64,000 bases of DNA. Source: Flavobacteriales bacterium. Lineage in GTDB: Bacteria > Bacteroidota > Bacteroidia > Flavobacteriales_F > PHOS-HE28. The position numbers and the translations under genes are program-made. Below the pieces are notes generated by a model. That model had not been told where the DNA came from and did not search any database. It saw nothing but the letters and a program-made list of their open reading frames with translations. Numbering within the stretch: position 1 is the first letter of the stretch; every line of letters begins with the position of its first letter. The stretch spans positions 124,812-188,811 of the forward strand of contig JAMLHB010000002.1 of assembly GCA_023957375.1 (NCBI GenBank), in the 5' to 3' direction. Below are positions 53,521-64,000 of this stretch, piece after piece.

Positions 53521-54102
53521 TCACGGCTTGGGGCGCAGGCCGATCTTCCACATGCCGCGCAGGTCGCCCTGTTGGTAGCCGGTGGCGCGGTCCCGGGGGT
53601 ACTTCTCCGCAAGCGCGGCGCGGGTGCCCTCCGCAATGTCTTCCGCACCGCCGTGGCACTTCAGGCAGGTGGGCATGCCCACGGTGATCGGCTTGTAGTA
53701 CCACACGGTCCCTTCGGCATCCTGCTGCACAAAGGCGGATTTGTCGCCGGCGAAGCGTTCCCACGCGGCCCGGTCCTGCGGCAGGCGGATCCCGTTGTCC
53801 GGATTGCGGTTCCGGTCGCTGAGGCGCTGCACATCCACATCGAACAAGGCCGCCACGGAATCCGTGAGCGGCACGGCCCGGGTGTTGCAGAAAGCCACGG
53901 CGTGTTCCGGCCCGCCGGCCTGCATGGCTGCGGACACGTTTTTCAGCAAGACCTGTTGGGCCTGTGCCGATATGGAATCGCCCAAGGCCATGGCCATGGC
54001 CGTGTCAAGGGGTTTCTTCGGTGCCGGGCCGTTTTCGCCACAGCCGATGAACACCACCGCGCTTGCTGCGCCGGCCAACAGGAGTTTTACAGAGCGCGTC
54101 AT
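53521..54102 (-). CDS. DUF3365 (Tll0287-like) c-type cytochrome lipoprotein
   Basis: IGC lipobox, AVAFC, RNPDN, CLKCHG, YPRDRATGY, GDLRG. Confidence 0.88.
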   Translation of the reverse strand: MTRSVKLLLAGAASAVVFIGCGENGPAPKKPLDTAMAMALGDSISAQAQQVLLKNVSAAMQAGGPEHAVAFCNTRAVPLTDSVAALFDVDVQRLSDRNRNPDNGIRLPQDRAAWERFAGDKSAFVQQDAEGTVWYYKPITVGMPTCLKCHGGAEDIAEGTRAALAEKYPRDRATGYQQGDLRGMWKIGLRPKP

Positions 54103-54265
54103 TGTGGCGAAAGTAGGTCCTTCCCATCGCCTGTTTTGGAACAAAAGGCACCGTGCTGCCATCCGACCTGCTTTAGCATGGGCATGAAACTGCAAGCGCC
54201 CCGTCGATGCCCCTCCGGTTAGTGCCCTTCCCCGACGCTCGGCACGGTCCTTCCCCGAGAGCGCG

Positions 54266-55297
54266 TCAGTCGAGCCCCAACCGCAATTTCAGGTGCTTCT
54301 CCAACAGTTCCCCCATGCTGGCACAAGCCGCCAAGGACGGGACGTGGTGCAGTTCGGCCAGCTCATGGGCCAGGCGACGGACATTGCTTTGTGTGCTGAT
54401 CACATCGCAGCGCATTGCCGAGAGCAGCTCTTCCAACCGGTCCTGGGAAAGGCGATAGCGCTTCCGCAACAGGGACCGTTCCTCGTTGCTGTACTGCACG
54501 GCACTTTCCCGGTCGATGTGCTGGCGCGCGAACTGCACGTAGGGCAAGTTCTCCTTGTAGAACTGCGGCAGGTAGATGCGGTGGCGCCCTTCGTGGCTCT
54601 GCTGGTCGAAGTCGATGCTGCGCAGGCGGTACTGCACCTGGTCGAAGTCCTGCATCACGTCCACCACGAAGTTGTATGCCCGCATATCCCCCAGCAGGCG
54701 TGAGAAACAGCGCTCGTTGAACTTCACGAACTCCTTGCTCAGGCGCACGGGGTTGAGATTGCCGCCGTACCGCCACGGGTCCGCTATGAAGTCGTCGCCC
54801 GGCACTCCGATGATGTGCTCCTCCACCAAGGTTCCGGCATCCACCATGTAATTGATGCGGTTGGGGCTGAGCATGTGCTCCAACTCTAGGCCATACACCC
54901 GGCTGGCATCGGTCTTCTTGATGTAGTAGTAGTCGTGGTTGTCGTTGATCTGGTTGAAGATCTTGATGCGGAACGGTTGGCTGTTGCCATAGGCGCAGAA
55001 GTCAATGCTCGCCACGCCCAAATGGTCCACCTTCCGGCCATCCGCCACGATCATTTGATACAGTTGCACCAGGCGCTCGTGCGTTTCTTCCAGCTCGGCA
55101 GGGCGTAGCATTACCGTGGTCCAGAGGGTCTCACGGCCCCTCGAGTCACGTTGCGCCATCAGTCCCTCATGCCGCAACAGGTCGTTGTATGCCAAGGGTA
55201 ATTGCTGCTCCCGCTCCACCGCGCGCAGGAATTCCGACAACCGCCCACCGATGGGGTAGGCGGACTTCTTGTGGCGGATATCGTTCGGCGCGTGCAT
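54266..55297 (-). CDS. Conserved hypothetical protein with kinase-like motifs
   Basis: YYIKK, EEHI, LLGDMRAYNF, IDFDQ. Confidence 0.75.
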   Translation of the reverse strand: MHAPNDIRHKKSAYPIGGRLSEFLRAVEREQQLPLAYNDLLRHEGLMAQRDSRGRETLWTTVMLRPAELEETHERLVQLYQMIVADGRKVDHLGVASIDFCAYGNSQPFRIKIFNQINDNHDYYYIKKTDASRVYGLELEHMLSPNRINYMVDAGTLVEEHIIGVPGDDFIADPWRYGGNLNPVRLSKEFVKFNERCFSRLLGDMRAYNFVVDVMQDFDQVQYRLRSIDFDQQSHEGRHRIYLPQFYKENLPYVQFARQHIDRESAVQYSNEERSLLRKRYRLSQDRLEELLSAMRCDVISTQSNVRRLAHELAELHHVPSLAACASMGELLEKHLKLRLGLD

Positions 55298-55612
55298 CCC
55301 GCAAAGAAGGTCATTTTCCGGAGCTTGCCCGGCCTTGTCCGTAAATATGGCCTTTCCGCAACCCCAAGCTCCCTCTTGCCCCTACCGTGGTCTTCTGCAG
55401 TGGGCCATGCGGTTGGGAAGCTGCCTCGCCAGGTTCACCGCAGCGTTCCTTGCAGGAGGCATCATGTGCCGATCGCCGGGGCTCTTCATCCTCCTGCTGG
55501 AGCACGGGGTCCCCTTCCACCAGATGCCCCGTCGGGCACGTAGATCTGCGCCATGGCCGGTTTCGGCATTCAGGCCAAGGCACGTTAGGGAAACAGACTA
55601 CCCAAGGCCAGA

Positions 55613-56449
55613 TCAGTGCATGGCTGCTTCGCGCCGCAGCCAGCCACTGTACCGGTTGGCGTCGCCCTTGGCCAAGTGAAGTCCGTCCGTGGTATGCCAA
55701 TACGAGCCTTGCGGAACGTGCAGGAAGGCATGGTCGGGGAAGGCCTTGCGCACCATTCCGCGTTCGAGTGCCGCCAAGGGGCTGTTCATCACGATCGGAT
55801 GGGCCGGCATTTCAAAGAAGACCACCTTCGCCCCTGTCGCTTCCACCTCACGCACTTGGCGCACCAAGCGTTCGATCACCTGTTGCTGCTCCTCCTTGTC
55901 CGGCAGGACGGCATATTCCTCCTTCAACCTGGACAACATGGCCTCGGTCGCCGTGTCCACCGTATCGGGACTTTCCGTCTCGGCCTTCTGCACCCGGTCA
56001 TGCAGCCAGCCATATAGTACGCCACTGGGCTGGTTCTGCTCGCGCATCATGGGCATGGCCCTGCGCAGCTGATACAACCCCGGGGTGAACAGGCCGTCCA
56101 GGAATTCCTGGTCGAGCTTGCGGAAAAGGATATTGGTTTCCACGAGCACCAGCTCCGGCCGTTTGGACGACCTCACGATCAGCTCCATGCCATCATAGAT
56201 GCTCCGGCCGGCAAAGCCCAGGTTGATCGTGCGGGCGGGAAAGCTGTCGAGGTTCAGCCGGTAGGCGAGGGACGAGCCCACGATCACCGTGCGGAAGCTG
56301 TCGGTTGGTGCGTAGATGAACTTTTCAGCCTTGATGCGGTTGCCGTTGGCCAAATGCTGGGTGGTGTCCCAATCCACGTGCACCACGCGCAGGAACACCG
56401 CATAGCCGGCCACCAGCAACAGGGCGGTCAGGAGGGCTCGGCGGATCAT
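55613..56449 (-). CDS. SGNH-like exported partner of the MBOAT (AlgJ/DltD-like)
   Basis: IVGSS, NLGFAG, TDGLHL (DxxH). Confidence 0.7.
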   Translation of the reverse strand: MIRRALLTALLLVAGYAVFLRVVHVDWDTTQHLANGNRIKAEKFIYAPTDSFRTVIVGSSLAYRLNLDSFPARTINLGFAGRSIYDGMELIVRSSKRPELVLVETNILFRKLDQEFLDGLFTPGLYQLRRAMPMMREQNQPSGVLYGWLHDRVQKAETESPDTVDTATEAMLSRLKEEYAVLPDKEEQQQVIERLVRQVREVEATGAKVVFFEMPAHPIVMNSPLAALERGMVRKAFPDHAFLHVPQGSYWHTTDGLHLAKGDANRYSGWLRREAAMH

Positions 56450-56456
56450 CCGTGGT

Positions 56457-57869
56457 TCAGAATTGGAAGTAGATGAAGCTCGCCCCGCTGCCGGAGTTCA
56501 CGATGATCAGGAAGATCATGGCCCCCAGCAGCAGGGGCCGCACCGAGGCCATGCCGGGCCGTTCACCGTTCCGGCGCCACAGGTACCAAGCGTGGTAGAG
56601 CACCACGGGCACCGAGAACAAGGTGATGAAGAAGGCCAGCAGGAAGTTGATGTCGTAGCCCGTCCAATTGCGGCCAATGGCCTGCAGGTAGTAAACCGCA
56701 TCAATGAAATCTGGCAGCTTGAACAACAGCCATGCGAAGGTGACGCAGGCGAAGATGAAGAGCATGTGCACCCATCGCGGCAACCGTTTGCCCGGGGCAA
56801 AGCCCAGGTCGCTGGCCAGCCGTTCCGCCGCGAGCATCAGGCCATGGAAGAAGCCCCACACGGCGTAGCTCCATGCGGCCCCGTGCCAAAAGCCGCCCAA
56901 AACCATGGTGGCCATCAGGTTCCGGTAGGTGTTCACCTGGCCTTTCCGGCTGCCGCCAAGCGGGATGTAGAGGTAATCCCGCAGGAAGGTGGACAGGGAG
57001 ATGTGCCAGCGGCGCCAGAACTCGGAGAACGTGGTGGAGATATAGGGAAAGTTGAAGTTGTCCGGCAGGCGGTAGCCCAGCAGGTGTGCCAGCCCGATGG
57101 CGATCAGCGAGTAGCCGGCAAAGTCGGCAAAGATCTGGACGCTGTACCCGAGCAGCAGGAAGATCAGCGTAACGGAATGGTACTCCATGAAGTAGGGGTA
57201 CGCCAACCAGAAGGTGTGGTCCTTCATGTTGTCCGCCACCACCATTTTCAGGAAGTAGCCCACCACCAAGGCGGTGAATGCGGCCTGCCGATCGATGCCC
57301 GCCAGGGTCTTCACCCGGATCTGCGGGAGGAACTCATGGGCCTTCACCACCGGCCCGGCCACCAAAGCCGGAAAGAAGGACTTGAACGCGGCAACGTCCA
57401 ACGCATGCTTGGCCAAGCTTCCGGCACTGAGCGCGGCATAATCCTCCAGCGCCTTGCCCCGGTATGCGTCCACCAACAGCGAGATGCCTTGGAACGTGAA
57501 GAAGCTGATACCGATGGGCAGGGGGATCTGCACCAGGAACTCCCCTACGCTCGACCCTTTTGGGAAGAAGGTGTGCCCGATCAAGGGGCTGTACTTGAAG
57601 AAGATCAGCAGGCCCAGGTTCATCACCACGCCGATGGTGGCATACAGCTTACGGCGTGGTGGCGGTCCGTAGATCACGCCGTAACTGGTGAAGATGTTGA
57701 TGGCGATGGAGGCCAGCAGCAGCGTCAGGAGAACGGGGTTGTTGAACGCGTAGAAGATGAAGCTCGCCACCACGATCACGTGCAGCTGGAAGCGGCGCAT
57801 GAAGGGCAGGTAGTACACCACCAAGGTGGGGATCACCAGCAAGAGGAACGGGATGCTGTTGAAAAGCAT
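56457..57869 (-). CDS. AlgI/DltB-type MBOAT O-acyltransferase
   Basis: MLFNS, LPIGISFFTFQ, DFAGYS, NFNFPY, FWRRWHISLS, GFWHGA. Confidence 0.95.
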   Translation of the reverse strand: MLFNSIPFLLLVIPTLVVYYLPFMRRFQLHVIVVASFIFYAFNNPVLLTLLLASIAINIFTSYGVIYGPPPRRKLYATIGVVMNLGLLIFFKYSPLIGHTFFPKGSSVGEFLVQIPLPIGISFFTFQGISLLVDAYRGKALEDYAALSAGSLAKHALDVAAFKSFFPALVAGPVVKAHEFLPQIRVKTLAGIDRQAAFTALVVGYFLKMVVADNMKDHTFWLAYPYFMEYHSVTLIFLLLGYSVQIFADFAGYSLIAIGLAHLLGYRLPDNFNFPYISTTFSEFWRRWHISLSTFLRDYLYIPLGGSRKGQVNTYRNLMATMVLGGFWHGAAWSYAVWGFFHGLMLAAERLASDLGFAPGKRLPRWVHMLFIFACVTFAWLLFKLPDFIDAVYYLQAIGRNWTGYDINFLLAFFITLFSVPVVLYHAWYLWRRNGERPGMASVRPLLLGAMIFLIIVNSGSGASFIYFQF

Positions 57870-58117
57870 GCGCGGCGACGTTTCTACGCGGGCTTCCGCA
57901 TCAGGTTCCGCGCCGGTGGTCTTCCGGGCATGCAGGGCGGTTGATCAGTTGCATGAATGCCGGCTTCAGGCATGTGCAGCACGGCCAATTGGCTGGTGGG
58001 TTTCCGTTTCCAGGAGGCCAGCGGACGGACTGAACGGCGCCGAATGTACGTGCCGTCATGAACCCGGCAGGTCACCTCCCGAAGCACCTTCCACCAGCCC
58101 GGTGTTGAACAGTTTGG

Positions 58118-60250
58118 CTATTGCACCACCACCCGCTGCTCCCACCGGCCCTGGCCCGTGGTAACGCGCAGTACGTAGAGGCCCGGTGCCAACCGCCCTT
58201 CCAGGTCCATCGTGAACGCATCCCCCGCGCCGATGTAAGGCTGTTCGCTGTGCAGCACCCTGCCCGCCACGTCGCACAAGTGCACCAAGGCCTGCCCGGC
58301 GGCCCCGGAATGGCACAAGGTGATCTTGCCCCGGCCGGGGTTGGGGAACACGCGCCAACCTTCAGCCTGCCCGCCAGGGATCGCCGTTGGGTTGAACACT
58401 ACGGTGTAATCCTCGGTTTCGCCCGAGAGATAATTAAAGCATGGGCCAATGGTGCCGGGCTCGCTGTCCTCGGGGTAGGCCAACCGGACGCGCAGCCGCG
58501 TGGAGGCCACCGCCACCTCCTCCGGAACGGCAAAGGCAAAGGTCACCGTTTGGTTGGGGACCGCGGTGGTTGCGCTACCCAGCTTCTCGCCAGCGCTAAA
58601 CGCGAGGTCCCCATTATAGTCGATCCATGCCGCGATCTTCTCATCCCCGTAATCGCCGCCGGTAATGGCCAGCTGATACCCTTGGCCAGGGATCAGCACG
58701 GTGGTTTGGGCCGTGTAATCCACGTACGCGACCCCGTCTTCGAAGGTGCTGGCATTGTTGATGTCGCCCAGGAGGACATGGCCGATATAGTCCCCGCCAT
58801 CGGGCCCGAAGTCGGAGGTTGGAATGCAGTACGTCGGCACCACGATGCACCCTTCCTGCGCGGACAAACCAATGCTGTACGCTCCTTGCGGCGCTCCGGC
58901 ACCCGCTTCCACGGGGATCCAGTAGGTGCCAGCCGGAAGATCCGCGAAGGTGACGGTGCAACCCGCCACGGTGCCTGCAAGCATGCCCGTGGCGAAGTTG
59001 GGGCAGTTCACGGCCAAGTTTTGGGAAAAGCTGCTGAACACGGACCCCGCCACGCAATAGTCGATGGTCACCGTTGCACATTCGGACAGGGAGATGGCCT
59101 CCCACACGAAGGTGTGGTCGGCATTGTCCAGGGAGGCCCCTGTATTGTCCCCGCTCAGCTCAATGCCTTGTCCGATCCCCAGGGGTGTAATTGTTGCACC
59201 CGCGCAATCGTCGTTCACCGGGTGCTCCCCCCCTGGCGTGATGATCACGGTGTAGTCTTCGGTTTCGCACCGGCTGTAGTTGTAGCAGGGGATCAAGGGC
59301 AGCGGTTGGCCGGTTTGAACACTGGCCGTGCGGATGCGCAAGCGGGTGCTGCCCAACGGGGTGCCCTCCGGCACGGTGAAGTTGAACACCACGATGGAGT
59401 CGGTACTGATGGCTGTTCCTTCGCCCAACTTTTCATCCAAGGTGAAATCAAAATCCTGGTTGTAGTCGATCCATGCGGCCACCTGGTCCGTGTTGTACGC
59501 CCCGCTGATCACGGAAAGCTGATGGGCCTGGCCCGCTTGCAGGGGCGTACTGATGGCCGTATAGTTCACATGGGCGATGTTCACCTGGAACAAGCTGGAG
59601 TTGTCGATCGCACCAAGCTGTACCCGGCTGATGTAATCGCCATCGTTGGGCCCTGTGGCGGAAATGGGGATGCAATACGCCGTGGGCGGCGTGCAGGCGG
59701 TGGCCGATACTTCTATGGTGTAGGGCCCTTGGGGCGTTATCCCCGGGGCGGCATATACCGGGATCCAGTACGTGCCCGGGTCGAGGTACGGGAAGGTGGC
59801 CGTGCAGGATGTGTTGTACCCCAGGAGAATGGCCGTCAGGAAATCAGGGCAGTTCACGGCCAGGCTCTTGATGTGGTTGGTGAACACGGACCCCGGCACG
59901 CAGTAATTGATGGTCACGTTGGCACAGGCGGTCAGTTCGAACGCTTCCCACACCATTTTGTATCCGGGGGGGTCGGTGACCACCACGCCGGTATTGTCCC
60001 CGCTCATCAACACGGTCTGGCCGGGGCTCAATTGGTACACCGTCGCCCCGGTGCACCAATTGTTCACCGGGGGGTCCACATCGCGCGCCCCGGGTGCGTT
60101 GTCCGTCTCCTCCCCGGTAAGCCCGTTGAAGAGGGGCATTTCCCCCAACTGGTGCCCAAGCGGTCCATCGTATGTTCCTTGCGCAGCCGCGCTATAACCC
60201 ATCAGCACCAAGGAGGCGGCACCGGCCCAAGCAAGTAGAAATGAGTTCAT
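58118..60250 (-). CDS. T9SS-secreted protein with two GEVED domains
   Basis: Two AWIDYN...TRLR...ETEDY modules, PVNDDC repeats, C-terminal VFPNP...PGLYVL. Confidence 0.9.
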   Translation of the reverse strand: MNSFLLAWAGAASLVLMGYSAAAQGTYDGPLGHQLGEMPLFNGLTGEETDNAPGARDVDPPVNNWCTGATVYQLSPGQTVLMSGDNTGVVVTDPPGYKMVWEAFELTACANVTINYCVPGSVFTNHIKSLAVNCPDFLTAILLGYNTSCTATFPYLDPGTYWIPVYAAPGITPQGPYTIEVSATACTPPTAYCIPISATGPNDGDYISRVQLGAIDNSSLFQVNIAHVNYTAISTPLQAGQAHQLSVISGAYNTDQVAAWIDYNQDFDFTLDEKLGEGTAISTDSIVVFNFTVPEGTPLGSTRLRIRTASVQTGQPLPLIPCYNYSRCETEDYTVIITPGGEHPVNDDCAGATITPLGIGQGIELSGDNTGASLDNADHTFVWEAISLSECATVTIDYCVAGSVFSSFSQNLAVNCPNFATGMLAGTVAGCTVTFADLPAGTYWIPVEAGAGAPQGAYSIGLSAQEGCIVVPTYCIPTSDFGPDGGDYIGHVLLGDINNASTFEDGVAYVDYTAQTTVLIPGQGYQLAITGGDYGDEKIAAWIDYNGDLAFSAGEKLGSATTAVPNQTVTFAFAVPEEVAVASTRLRVRLAYPEDSEPGTIGPCFNYLSGETEDYTVVFNPTAIPGGQAEGWRVFPNPGRGKITLCHSGAAGQALVHLCDVAGRVLHSEQPYIGAGDAFTMDLEGRLAPGLYVLRVTTGQGRWEQRVVVQ

Positions 60251-60539
60251 GCGCGAAGCTGTTTATCAGGCAAATTTGGGCAATAACCGCCATGCCGCAA
60301 CACCTGCCTAAAACAGGCGCCAGCACGGATGGCCGGGTGGCCATGGCCGCATACCCGGGCAGTGCATGTCCCACATGCCCGAAAACCTGCGGATGCCCGC
60401 CAGGCATGCCCTTGCTCCTTCTATTCACCTGCCCTCAGGCAGGATGCCGTGCCTGTGATCAACGCGGGTCCGCCAGGGGGCACCACGCGCCCTGAAGGCC
60501 ACTATGAATAGATCTACTTGGCCCCGCTCGGCCAACGGA

Positions 60540-61070
60540 TCACTCCACCACCCACTTCCGTATCGCCGCCATCGCTTCCGCACGGCCCTTTACGCCCACT
60601 AACTGCGCGCCGTCCTCCGGGTCGTAGTTCAGCAGCCAGGCTACCAGAATGTCCCGCGCGGCCTGTGGCAGCTCCTGTATGTCGTCGGCATCCACGGTGC
60701 GCAGCGCCGGGTCCACCGGAAGGGCGATCACCTTGTCGTCGCGCTCATTCGCGTCCAGCAGCTCAATGATGCCGATGGGCTCCACCTCCAGCACGGTGCC
60801 GCTGGGCACTCCCTCGCAAAGCACGAAAATGTCCAAGGCATCGCCGTCGCCGCCTTGCGCCTTGTCCATGCGCGTGCCCGGGATGAAGCCGTAGTTGGCG
60901 GGGTACGGCAGGAACTTGATGCGGCGGGGCACGCCTCGGCGCAAATCCACCGGGAAGGTATTGTCGGCTGGGTTGTACTGCCGTTTGTCACTGGTCCCGG
61001 CGGGGATCTCGATCACGGCTTGTGCGTTGCCGTTGGACAGCAGTGCGGGGAAGTGTTCCAGGTCGGGCAT
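60540..61070 (-). CDS. ppa: Family I inorganic pyrophosphatase
   Basis: VIEIPAG, YPANYGFIPGT, DGDALD, DDKVI. Confidence 0.93.
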   Translation of the reverse strand: MPDLEHFPALLSNGNAQAVIEIPAGTSDKRQYNPADNTFPVDLRRGVPRRIKFLPYPANYGFIPGTRMDKAQGGDGDALDIFVLCEGVPSGTVLEVEPIGIIELLDANERDDKVIALPVDPALRTVDADDIQELPQAARDILVAWLLNYDPEDGAQLVGVKGRAEAMAAIRKWVVE

Positions 61071-61156
61071 GGTGGGTGGAAAAGCGTGTTCAGGGTTGCA
61101 AAGCAAACACCGAACGTTCGTGTTCGTTCGCCTGAAGACCGGTTAACGGACGCTGA

Positions 61157-62824
61157 TCAACGCAGGCGGTACGTGAGGCTGAGCTGGATGCCCTTGGCGG
61201 ATGACCGCCGTTGAAGGTCGCCATTGTCCAAGCTGTTGAACAATTGCCCGCGCAGCGCGGGCTCCAGCCCTACGGACCACGCCGCATTGAAGCGGTACCG
61301 CACATACGCCCGGGCCGTGTAGCCGAACACCACCTCGCGGAAGGCCACGTCGTTGAACGGCGTATAGCCGTCGCCGGCGCTGTTGGGCACCGCTCCGCGC
61401 CGCGCGCTCAGCAGCCCGATGGTGGGTCCTCCGCGCAGGCCGATGCTCCAGCGCCCCTGCACGATGTGGACATCGGCGAGCAATGGCACTTCCACATAGC
61501 TCACCCGGTTCACCGCGTCGCGGGCATCGCGAATGTGTTGGTGGTGAAGCACGGTGTCCGTGCCCTGTGCAAGCACATAGATCGTGGTGTCCATCGATTG
61601 CCCCGTGTACGTGGGCGGCGTGCCCGCAAGGGTGTCCGTGATCACCAGCACGGCGGTATCAATTCCCGCCAAGTACCAGTACTGCTGATGGGTGGTCGAT
61701 GTTGCATCCAAAGCATCCAACCGCAAGCGCTCCGCATATGTGCCGTAGTGCAGCCCGAAGCCCAGGCTGACGTTTCGGCCCGCATGCATCAACTCCGCGC
61801 CGAAACCAGCGCTGGAGGCCTTGCCCAGCGCGGCCGACCATTCATCACTGTTCCTCCCGGAGTACCTGGTGGTGGAGGTGAACACCCCGCCCAAGGCGGT
61901 AATCTCCCACGGCGCGCGTTCAGGTACGATGGGGGGCGCAGTTGGTGCAGGGGAAGTGGCCAGCGCTGAATCTGCGGGAGCCGACGGAAGCACGGAAGCA
62001 GTGGGGGCTGCCGCAACAGTGTCCTTCCACGCAGCTGCGGCAGGTGATCCGGTGGTGCTTGGACCACCTGCGGGATCTTGCGCCACCACCAGCCCTTGTT
62101 CCATGGCGCCGGGATCGGGGGCTGTGGAAGGCACTTCCGTTGTCGATCCCGTGACGGATGCCAGCTCCGGTTGGAAGGCAGGTGCAGGGTCCACACTTGA
62201 AGTTCCTGCAACTGCTTGCGGCAACGACGCAGCCGTCGCCTCCTCCTCCTGCCTGGCCGTTTCACCGATCGTGCCCAGCGATGCATGCCGCACCAGGCTG
62301 TCCATGCTCTTCATGGTTGCCCGCTGCGTTTCCTCCGGAGAGGCCAAGGGTATTGCTGGTGCATTTGCTGCTTTCAGCGCATGCAGGGCCTGCACGTTGT
62401 GATCCCCGTTCCGGTGCGGAAGAGTTGCCGTTCTGCTTTCCGTTGGCTTGGGCAACACGGTGGTTGCCACATGATTTTCTTCCGGCACTTCGGCCGCTGT
62501 GAAAGATTCCTCCTGGACACCCGGTCTGGGATCATCGCTTCCCACCGCTTGTTGCGTCGCATGTTCCACTTGCCGCACGGGCGCTTCCACCGGTAAGGCA
62601 ACCCCGGCACGCGAAGGTGCCTTGTCCGATCCCTGGCCGGGCAGCAGCATCCAGGCCAACAGCAAGAGCAGTCCGGCTCCCCCGGCCCACCAGCCCCACC
62701 GCCTGGAACCGCGCCGGGCATCCAGTAGCGCACGGGCCTGCTGCCAGTCCGCATCGCTGTATTCCATGCGGCGATCCTGCAACTTGCGCCGGGCCAGTTC
62801 GTCAAATTCCTCGTTTGTGCTCAT
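61157..62824 (-). CDS. Membrane-anchored protein with a low-complexity linker and C-terminal outer-membrane beta-barrel (ECF-associated)
   Basis: FDELARRKL...W, a TM helix, an Ala/Pro/Thr linker, YVEVPL and terminal LTYRL; overlaps the sigma-factor stop. Confidence 0.75.
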   Translation of the reverse strand: MSTNEEFDELARRKLQDRRMEYSDADWQQARALLDARRGSRRWGWWAGGAGLLLLLAWMLLPGQGSDKAPSRAGVALPVEAPVRQVEHATQQAVGSDDPRPGVQEESFTAAEVPEENHVATTVLPKPTESRTATLPHRNGDHNVQALHALKAANAPAIPLASPEETQRATMKSMDSLVRHASLGTIGETARQEEEATAASLPQAVAGTSSVDPAPAFQPELASVTGSTTEVPSTAPDPGAMEQGLVVAQDPAGGPSTTGSPAAAAWKDTVAAAPTASVLPSAPADSALATSPAPTAPPIVPERAPWEITALGGVFTSTTRYSGRNSDEWSAALGKASSAGFGAELMHAGRNVSLGFGLHYGTYAERLRLDALDATSTTHQQYWYLAGIDTAVLVITDTLAGTPPTYTGQSMDTTIYVLAQGTDTVLHHQHIRDARDAVNRVSYVEVPLLADVHIVQGRWSIGLRGGPTIGLLSARRGAVPNSAGDGYTPFNDVAFREVVFGYTARAYVRYRFNAAWSVGLEPALRGQLFNSLDNGDLQRRSSAKGIQLSLTYRLR

Positions 62825-63387
62825 GGCAATGCGGTTTTTACAGTAGCCTGAGTGCCCGCCATGCGGGCGATGGCCTGTTGCAACAATTGGCGGGCATGCG
62901 CCACGTGCCACTTGGAGGTGCCTGCACTGATGCCCAGCAGCTCGCCGATCTCCCCATGTTGGTACCCGTCGATCACGAACAGGTTGAACACCTTGCGGGA
63001 AGTTTCCGGCACGTGCTGCAACAGTTCCGCGAAGGCTTCCGCCTCCATCGTACGCAGGTAGTCGTTCACTACGCTGCCTGCAGATAGCTCCATCGGCGCA
63101 TCCATGGTTTCGTGTGTTTTGCGGTCACGCTCCTTGCGGTAGTGGTCGATCACGGTGTTGATCATGATCCGCCGCACCCAGGCTTCGAAGGGCACCTCCC
63201 GCCGGCGTTTGCCCAAGTTCAGCAGCACTTTCAGGAATCCCTCGTTCATGCGTGCCGACGCATCCTGCCGGTTGTGCTCATAGCGCGAGCAGATCGACAT
63301 CATCAGCGGGTACAGGGCCTTGTACAGTTCATGTTCCGCCCGCGGGTCCCTGCGGATGCAATCGGCGATCAGGCGTTCAGGGACCAT
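62821..63387 (-). CDS. ECF sigma-70 factor
   Basis: WVRRIMINTVIDHYR, VFNLFVIDGYQHGEIG, GTSKWH. Confidence 0.95.
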   Translation of the reverse strand: MVPERLIADCIRRDPRAEHELYKALYPLMMSICSRYEHNRQDASARMNEGFLKVLLNLGKRRREVPFEAWVRRIMINTVIDHYRKERDRKTHETMDAPMELSAGSVVNDYLRTMEAEAFAELLQHVPETSRKVFNLFVIDGYQHGEIGELLGISAGTSKWHVAHARQLLQQAIARMAGTQATVKTALP

Positions 63388-63451
63388 GGGTGCAATGTGC
63401 GGAAAGGTGCCCACCGGTTCGCGGGCACCTTTCCAAAGCTATTGTTCGGTG

Positions 63452-64000
63452 CTACCTGACCTTCAGGAAGCGTTGGATTGCGCTCGTAGTTCCGTTGCCG
63501 ATCCGCACCAAGTAGAGCCCTTCGTCCAGGCGGCCGATGGGTAGTTGCAGCTGCTGGTCGCCGCTGTTGAGGCGGTGGTTGGCTCGGAGGATCACCCGGC
63601 CATCGGCGGCAATGATCTCCACGGGCACGAGCCCGCCGAAGTTGCTGGTCACCGCGATGTTCAGCAGTTCATCCGCCGGGTTGGGCCATAGGCGCAGTCC
63701 GCTCACCGCCGGGGCCTCGGGGATGCTGGTGGGTGTGCCTTGGACCACGTTGAGGGTGAAACCGCCGGAGCGGTCGTCCAACGGGACCGGGTGCCCGCCG
63801 CCCATGGGCGCCATGCCGTTCAAGATGCCGTTCTCATCCACGCTCACAGTGTCGCAGTAGCTGTCGGTGCAGCCGCCGTTCATCGGGTCGCCGGAAGTCA
63901 TGGTGAGGCAAAGCAGCCAAGGGCCGGGGCCGTCATAGGTATGGCTGGGGAAGGCTTCGGTGGAGCTGGTGCCGTCTCCGAAATCCCAGAAGAACTGGTA
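63452..64000 (-). CDS. T9SS-secreted PKD-domain protein, 5' end outside the window
   Basis: FFWDFGDGTSSTEAFPSHTY (PKD); LWPNPA...GLYLVRI...RFLK C-terminal domain. Confidence 0.88.
   Translation of the reverse strand, partial: YQFFWDFGDGTSSTEAFPSHTYDGPGPWLLCLTMTSGDPMNGGCTDSYCDTVSVDENGILNGMAPMGGGHPVPLDDRSGGFTLNVVQGTPTSIPEAPAVSGLRLWPNPADELLNIAVTSNFGGLVPVEIIAADGRVILRANHRLNSGDQQLQLPIGRLDEGLYLVRIGNGTTSAIQRFLKVR

Noticed and set aside
1-64000. tRNA or rRNA genes
   Set aside because: None recognised by inspection.

Overview
High-GC Bacteroidota chromosome segment, probably Flavobacteriales-like. The evidence is T9SS C-terminal domains, TAnnTTTG promoter boxes and a DUF5606 gene. Core genes (trpF, dnaB, accA, ispE, acs, menB, ppa, an ECF sigma factor) alternate with accessory tracts. 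1-10.7 kb is a tightly coupled minus-strand defence operon: SNF2 helicase, OLD-like ATPase-TOPRIM plus Dam, ABC ATPase plus DUF4276, type III Mod, a DinD fragment and an AlbA/HATPase protein. 13-24 kb is a copper locus (copZ, copA, multicopper-oxidase remnant) interrupted by KilA-N, an exonuclease-RecQ-UvrD triple fusion and a TA pair. The most striking structure lies at 40.1-47.3 kb. The conserved 3' end of acetyl-CoA synthetase is repeated four more times, diverged mostly at synonymous sites. The copies separate cargo cassettes: VapBC, two RelE-type pairs, low-GC genes, a REP-flanked HUH transposase, an orphan antitoxin and MNT-HEPN. No integrase is present in the window. The same gene-end duplication around TA cassettes recurs at three other places. 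Other notable items are a T9SS-secreted pentaheme cytochrome, a ModE/TonB-receptor molybdenum module, three Flavo-1-like structured elements, several REP families and an intact ISAs1 element. All calls come from reading the sequence; no database searches were run.
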